From a virus, in the IMG/VR virus record IMGVR_UViG_3300042884_001120, positions 1-64,000 of that record: a DNA stretch of 64,000 nucleotides; one strand, given 5' to 3'. A model generated the notes under the pieces. That model did no database searches. It was given only the letters and a program-made list of their open reading frames with translations, and was not told where the DNA came from. A program made the translations under genes and the position numbers. Of the stretch, positions 60,238-64,000 are shown one piece after another. The first letter of the stretch is position 1; each line of letters begins with the position of its first letter.

Positions 60238-61281
60238 TTACATATTTACACTATTTTCAATAACTAAATCCCTTTCAACCATTCTTTTTATAAGTTCTTT
60301 GAAGGAAATTTTTGGAACCCATGCTAGTTCAATTCTTGCCGTTGATGAATCGCCCCAAAGTAAATCAACTTCCGCTGGACGATAAAACTCTGAATTAATT
60401 TTAATTAAAATAGACCCATCCTTATCAATAAATTGTTCATCTATGCCATCACCTTTCCAGTTTCCTTGGATTTTAGCGTTTTCAAAAGCTAATTCAATAA
60501 ACTCTCTTACTGTATGTGTTTCTCCAGAAGAAAGTAGATGTTCCTTGGGCTGTTCTTGGTTTAACATTTTCCAAATACCATCTACAAAATCAAGCGCATG
60601 ACTCCAGTCACGCTTTGCGTCAATATTGCCTAGTTCTAACGGAGCAAATGGAATATTGTTATTAATAGCATTTTTAATTCTGGCGACTCCCTTTGTGATT
60701 TTTCTGGTAACAAATTCTACACCACGACGTTCTGATTCGTGATTATATAATAACCCCTGAATTGCATATAAATTATAACTCTCACGATATACTTTTACAA
60801 TATGCCTAGCGGCAGCTTTAGCTGCGCCATATGGACTTCTAGGTTTTAACGGATGGTTTTCATCTTGTGGCGAGTAATCAACATTACCAAGTTCTTCGCT
60901 AGAGCCTGCATTATAAAACCTGCAATTTGGTGCGTGTTTGCGAATTGCCTCTAAACACCTAATAATCCCGACAGCGCCAACATCGAATGTTTGTTCTGGA
61001 ATTTGCCAACTGCTACCAACAAAGCTTTGTGCTGCTAGATTAATAAAATAATCTGGATTAATTTCTTTAACAATGGAATCTATTGATTGACTGTCAGATA
61101 AATCTCCCGTAATAATAGTTAATCTTGGGTTATTAAGTAAGTGTGATATGTTAACAGTATTTAAATTGCTACTTCTTCTAACCATTCCAAAAATATGGTG
61201 ATCAGTATTTTCAAGTAGATAATCAACCATATAACTACCATCTTGACCAGTTATTCCTGTTACTATAATTTTTTTAACCAT
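60238..61281 (-). CDS. gmd: GDP-mannose 4,6-dehydratase
   Basis: TGITGQDGSY, LAAQSFV, SPYGAAK, NHESERRG..FVTRKIT, RPAEVDLL. Confidence 0.97.
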   Translation of the reverse strand: MVKKIIVTGITGQDGSYMVDYLLENTDHHIFGMVRRSSNLNTVNISHLLNNPRLTIITGDLSDSQSIDSIVKEINPDYFINLAAQSFVGSSWQIPEQTFDVGAVGIIRCLEAIRKHAPNCRFYNAGSSEELGNVDYSPQDENHPLKPRSPYGAAKAAARHIVKVYRESYNLYAIQGLLYNHESERRGVEFVTRKITKGVARIKNAINNNIPFAPLELGNIDAKRDWSHALDFVDGIWKMLNQEQPKEHLLSSGETHTVREFIELAFENAKIQGNWKGDGIDEQFIDKDGSILIKINSEFYRPAEVDLLWGDSSTARIELAWVPKISFKELIKRMVERDLVIENSVNM

Positions 61282-61320
61282 ATTTATTATAGATTATTAC
61301 CTATTGTAATTCAAATAAAT

Positions 61321-61695
61321 TTATTTATCAATATTTTCGTTAAAATGCTTTTCAATTTTTTTTATAATATTGTTATATATTTCTTGGTAATCTTCTGTTG
61401 TTGATGCTTCTTCTCCCTTATTCTGTAAAATGGAATAAAATATATTAACTGGAGAATTTAGTACGTTATTAATTACGTTTAAATCTTGTTTAATTATATT
61501 TTCTATAGCAAACTTCTTCCATTCTTTAAAGAAAATACTCTGTATTTTTACCTTGCTATCAAAGTCGTTTTGGCTATTAATTTGTTCACAAATTTGTTTA
61601 AAAACAAACAATAACATCGACCATTGCAGGTTATCTAGAAGTTTTTTTTCTATTAATTCGGAAATATCCTCAATTTCACTATTGTTTTCTTCCAT
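61321..61695 (-). CDS. Hypothetical protein
   Basis: ORF track. Confidence 0.55.
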   Translation of the reverse strand: MEENNSEIEDISELIEKKLLDNLQWSMLLFVFKQICEQINSQNDFDSKVKIQSIFFKEWKKFAIENIIKQDLNVINNVLNSPVNIFYSILQNKGEEASTTEDYQEIYNNIIKKIEKHFNENIDK

Positions 61696-61702
61696 TGTAC
61701 TG

Positions 61703-63364
61703 TTATGCTTCGCAAGATTTGCACGTCATTATAGAGCGAGCTAATTCTTTTGCGGGATTGCTAGAGCGCTGATAATAAAGGCTTTTAATTCCGTTTTCCC
61801 ATGCAAAGATAATAAGCTCATTAACTGCTTTTGGTGGAGTTCCGGCAGGAATCATTAAATTTAAACTCTGCCCTTGGTCGATGAACTTCTGGCGAGAAGA
61901 GGCCTGAATGACAATCTCTCTTTGAGATGTTTCGGCAAATGTTTTGAATACATCCTTTTCTTCTTGAGTAAGGAAATCGAGATGCTGAACAGATCCTCCA
62001 TGAATTAGGATGGACTTCCAAGTTTCCTCATCATTCTTATCCTTGGACTTGAGAAGATTCTTAAGATAAGGATTCTTGTAGGTGAATTTGCCTTTTGCCA
62101 GATCCTTAACAAAGTAGTTAGATTCAAGAGGCTCAATACTTGGAGATACTTGACCAAGAATAAAGGAGCTTGAAGTAGTTGGGGCAACCGCAAGAGTTGT
62201 TGTGTTTCTACGACCGTATCCCTTGAGAAGTTCTGGTTCACCAAATATTCCAGCAAGCTCGGAACTGGCTTTGTCCGCTCTCTCGCGAATTGTTTTCCAG
62301 ATAGTTGAATTAAGAAGCTTTGCTTCCATTGATTCAAATCCGACCATCTTAGATTGAAGGAGGGAATGCCAACCAAGAACGCCAAGACCTAGTGCGCGAT
62401 GATTAATTGCAAAGTTACGAGGTGCATCCATGAACTTGATTCCTTCTGTTTTATTGATGAATTCTGACATAACAGCATCCAAGAAATAGATCATGGTTTC
62501 AATTGCATCAGTATCCTTCCACTCTTCCCAACGCTCAAGATTCATTGAGGAAAGGTCACAAACAAACGACTCTTCTTCGGAATCTGGTAACATAATTTCA
62601 CTACAAAGATTTGAGTGACTAATATTTAGTTTTTTATCCTTGTAAACTTGTGGTGCCTGATTATTTACATTGTCAGTAAAAAAGATATAAGGATATCCAG
62701 ATTCAAAACGTTTTTTTAGAACTAATCCCCAAATTCTACGCTTTTCCTTGTCTCCATCTACCATAGACTTCATCCATTCGTCAGAAACCGTTACACCAAT
62801 AGAAAGATCTTGAATACTATTTCCTTCAGAACGAATCTTTAGAAATTCTTCAATATCAATATGGTCAACTGGAAGATAGGCCGCAAAGGATCCACGACGG
62901 ACATTGCCCTGAGAAACTACATTCATCAGTTTGTCAAACATTTCCATAAAATGAACAGAACCAGTAGATTCTCCGCCAGATGAAATTGGTAGGCCTCTTC
63001 CACGAAGAGCGCCAAAATAAGCGGAAGTTCCGCCACCATTTTTTGTCATCATTCCTACTTCGGCAATCTTTTCTAAAATACCCTCCATTGTATCAGGAAC
63101 GTAAGAACCAAAACACGATATAGGGAGTCCGCGCTTGCGACCAAAGTTTGACCAAATAGGTGACGCAAGTGAATAAAATCCACGGTGCATGTAATTTTCA
63201 AATTTTTTAGCAAATCCTTTTTGACCGAGAATTTTTTCTGCTGATTTGGAAATATCAGAGATTCTCTGCTCTGGAGTCTCGCCTTCTAAAAGGTATCCTC
63301 TTTGTAGGAATTTTCTAGAATCTTTATTTAGCCAGTAAATATCGCCGTTAATTTCAATGCTCAT
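61703..63364 (-). CDS. nrdA: Class I ribonucleotide reductase alpha (short, no ATP cone)
   Basis: PISCF, SNLCSEI, APTTSSS, KSLYY, C-terminal CKSC. Confidence 0.97.
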   Translation of the reverse strand: MSIEINGDIYWLNKDSRKFLQRGYLLEGETPEQRISDISKSAEKILGQKGFAKKFENYMHRGFYSLASPIWSNFGRKRGLPISCFGSYVPDTMEGILEKIAEVGMMTKNGGGTSAYFGALRGRGLPISSGGESTGSVHFMEMFDKLMNVVSQGNVRRGSFAAYLPVDHIDIEEFLKIRSEGNSIQDLSIGVTVSDEWMKSMVDGDKEKRRIWGLVLKKRFESGYPYIFFTDNVNNQAPQVYKDKKLNISHSNLCSEIMLPDSEEESFVCDLSSMNLERWEEWKDTDAIETMIYFLDAVMSEFINKTEGIKFMDAPRNFAINHRALGLGVLGWHSLLQSKMVGFESMEAKLLNSTIWKTIRERADKASSELAGIFGEPELLKGYGRRNTTTLAVAPTTSSSFILGQVSPSIEPLESNYFVKDLAKGKFTYKNPYLKNLLKSKDKNDEETWKSILIHGGSVQHLDFLTQEEKDVFKTFAETSQREIVIQASSRQKFIDQGQSLNLMIPAGTPPKAVNELIIFAWENGIKSLYYQRSSNPAKELARSIMTCKSCEA

Positions 63365-63390
63365 TTGTATATGATATACTTTTTTATCAA

Positions 63391-64000
63391 TTAAAACAAG
63401 TCATCTTCGTCAAAAGATTGATTTTTCTTTGAATACTCTACTGGTCTACTGTGAAAAAAATCAGTCATATTATTCCCCAAAAGCTCCTCTTCAAACCATT
63501 TGGTTTTTTTTATCAATTCCATGTCAACATCAAAGGCTTTTTTAAAACCAATTTGTAACAGAGATTCATTAATTCTATTTTTAATAAATTCCTTTAAAAT
63601 ATCTGCATTAAGCCCCTCTTCTTTAATTCCGTTTACCATCCAGTCCACAATTTTAGACTCTGACTCAAACGCCTGTAATGCTTCCTTGTTAATTTTTTCC
63701 TCTAATTCAGAGTCGAATAACTCTGGATATTCCTGACGAATAGTATTAATTAATTTAATACCAACTAGTGCATGAATATTTTCTTCATTGCGAGTATACT
63801 TTACTTGCTGATCGGTATCTTTTAGCACATTTTTGAAGCGCGCAAACCAGTTAATTACGTAAAACTGGGAAAATAGGGAGACATTTTCCACAAAAAGAGT
63901 AAAAAGAATTAAAGCATATAAATACTGTTTCTTACTATCCTTATAGAATCTATGGGTATATTTTCTTAGGTATTTTACACGGCCTTGTATCCACTCTAAT
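63391..64000 (-). CDS. nrdB: Class I ribonucleotide reductase beta (5' end outside window)
   Basis: Frame open to window end; LFVENVSLFSQF, EENIH, DFF..RPVEY. Confidence 0.95.
   Translation of the reverse strand, partial: LEWIQGRVKYLRKYTHRFYKDSKKQYLYALILFTLFVENVSLFSQFYVINWFARFKNVLKDTDQQVKYTRNEENIHALVGIKLINTIRQEYPELFDSELEEKINKEALQAFESESKIVDWMVNGIKEEGLNADILKEFIKNRINESLLQIGFKKAFDVDMELIKKTKWFEEELLGNNMTDFFHSRPVEYSKKNQSFDEDDLF

Overview
AT-rich 64 kb segment of a large (jumbo/huge) tailed dsDNA phage genome in standard code 11, mostly encoded on the - strand. Layout from left to right: (1) tail/virion genes, 1-3072 and 7878-9654; (2) six tRNAs plus a tmRNA, 3851-6755; (3) a T4 beta-glucosyltransferase-like gene; (4) a mosaic, partly CpG-free array of about 50 small genes, ~11-31 kb, separated by near-identical promoter repeats; (5) scattered + strand Ser/Thr-Gly-rich putative virion genes; (6) thyX, a MoxR ATPase/DUF2201 pair, and a replication block (DnaE split into PHP, exonuclease and core genes, ClpP, PD-(D/E)XK nuclease, dCMP deaminase, primase, DnaB, dNMP kinase); (7) a glycosyl-/methyltransferase cluster, RecA, Gmd and nrdAB. 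Two free-standing LAGLIDADG endonucleases are also present. Most notable signals: a GT9-like gene whose GGIGD motif is broken by GGT-TA-GGT (candidate 5-nt stop-hop bypass with a hairpin); two promoter classes (sigma70-like, and a GTGTAA late-type motif) placed to give leaderless mRNAs; promoter-repeat gene cassettes; a long-variable-arm tRNA-Gln; and a pseudoknot RNA behind tRNA-Tyr. All family calls come from motif recognition by eye; no database search was run.
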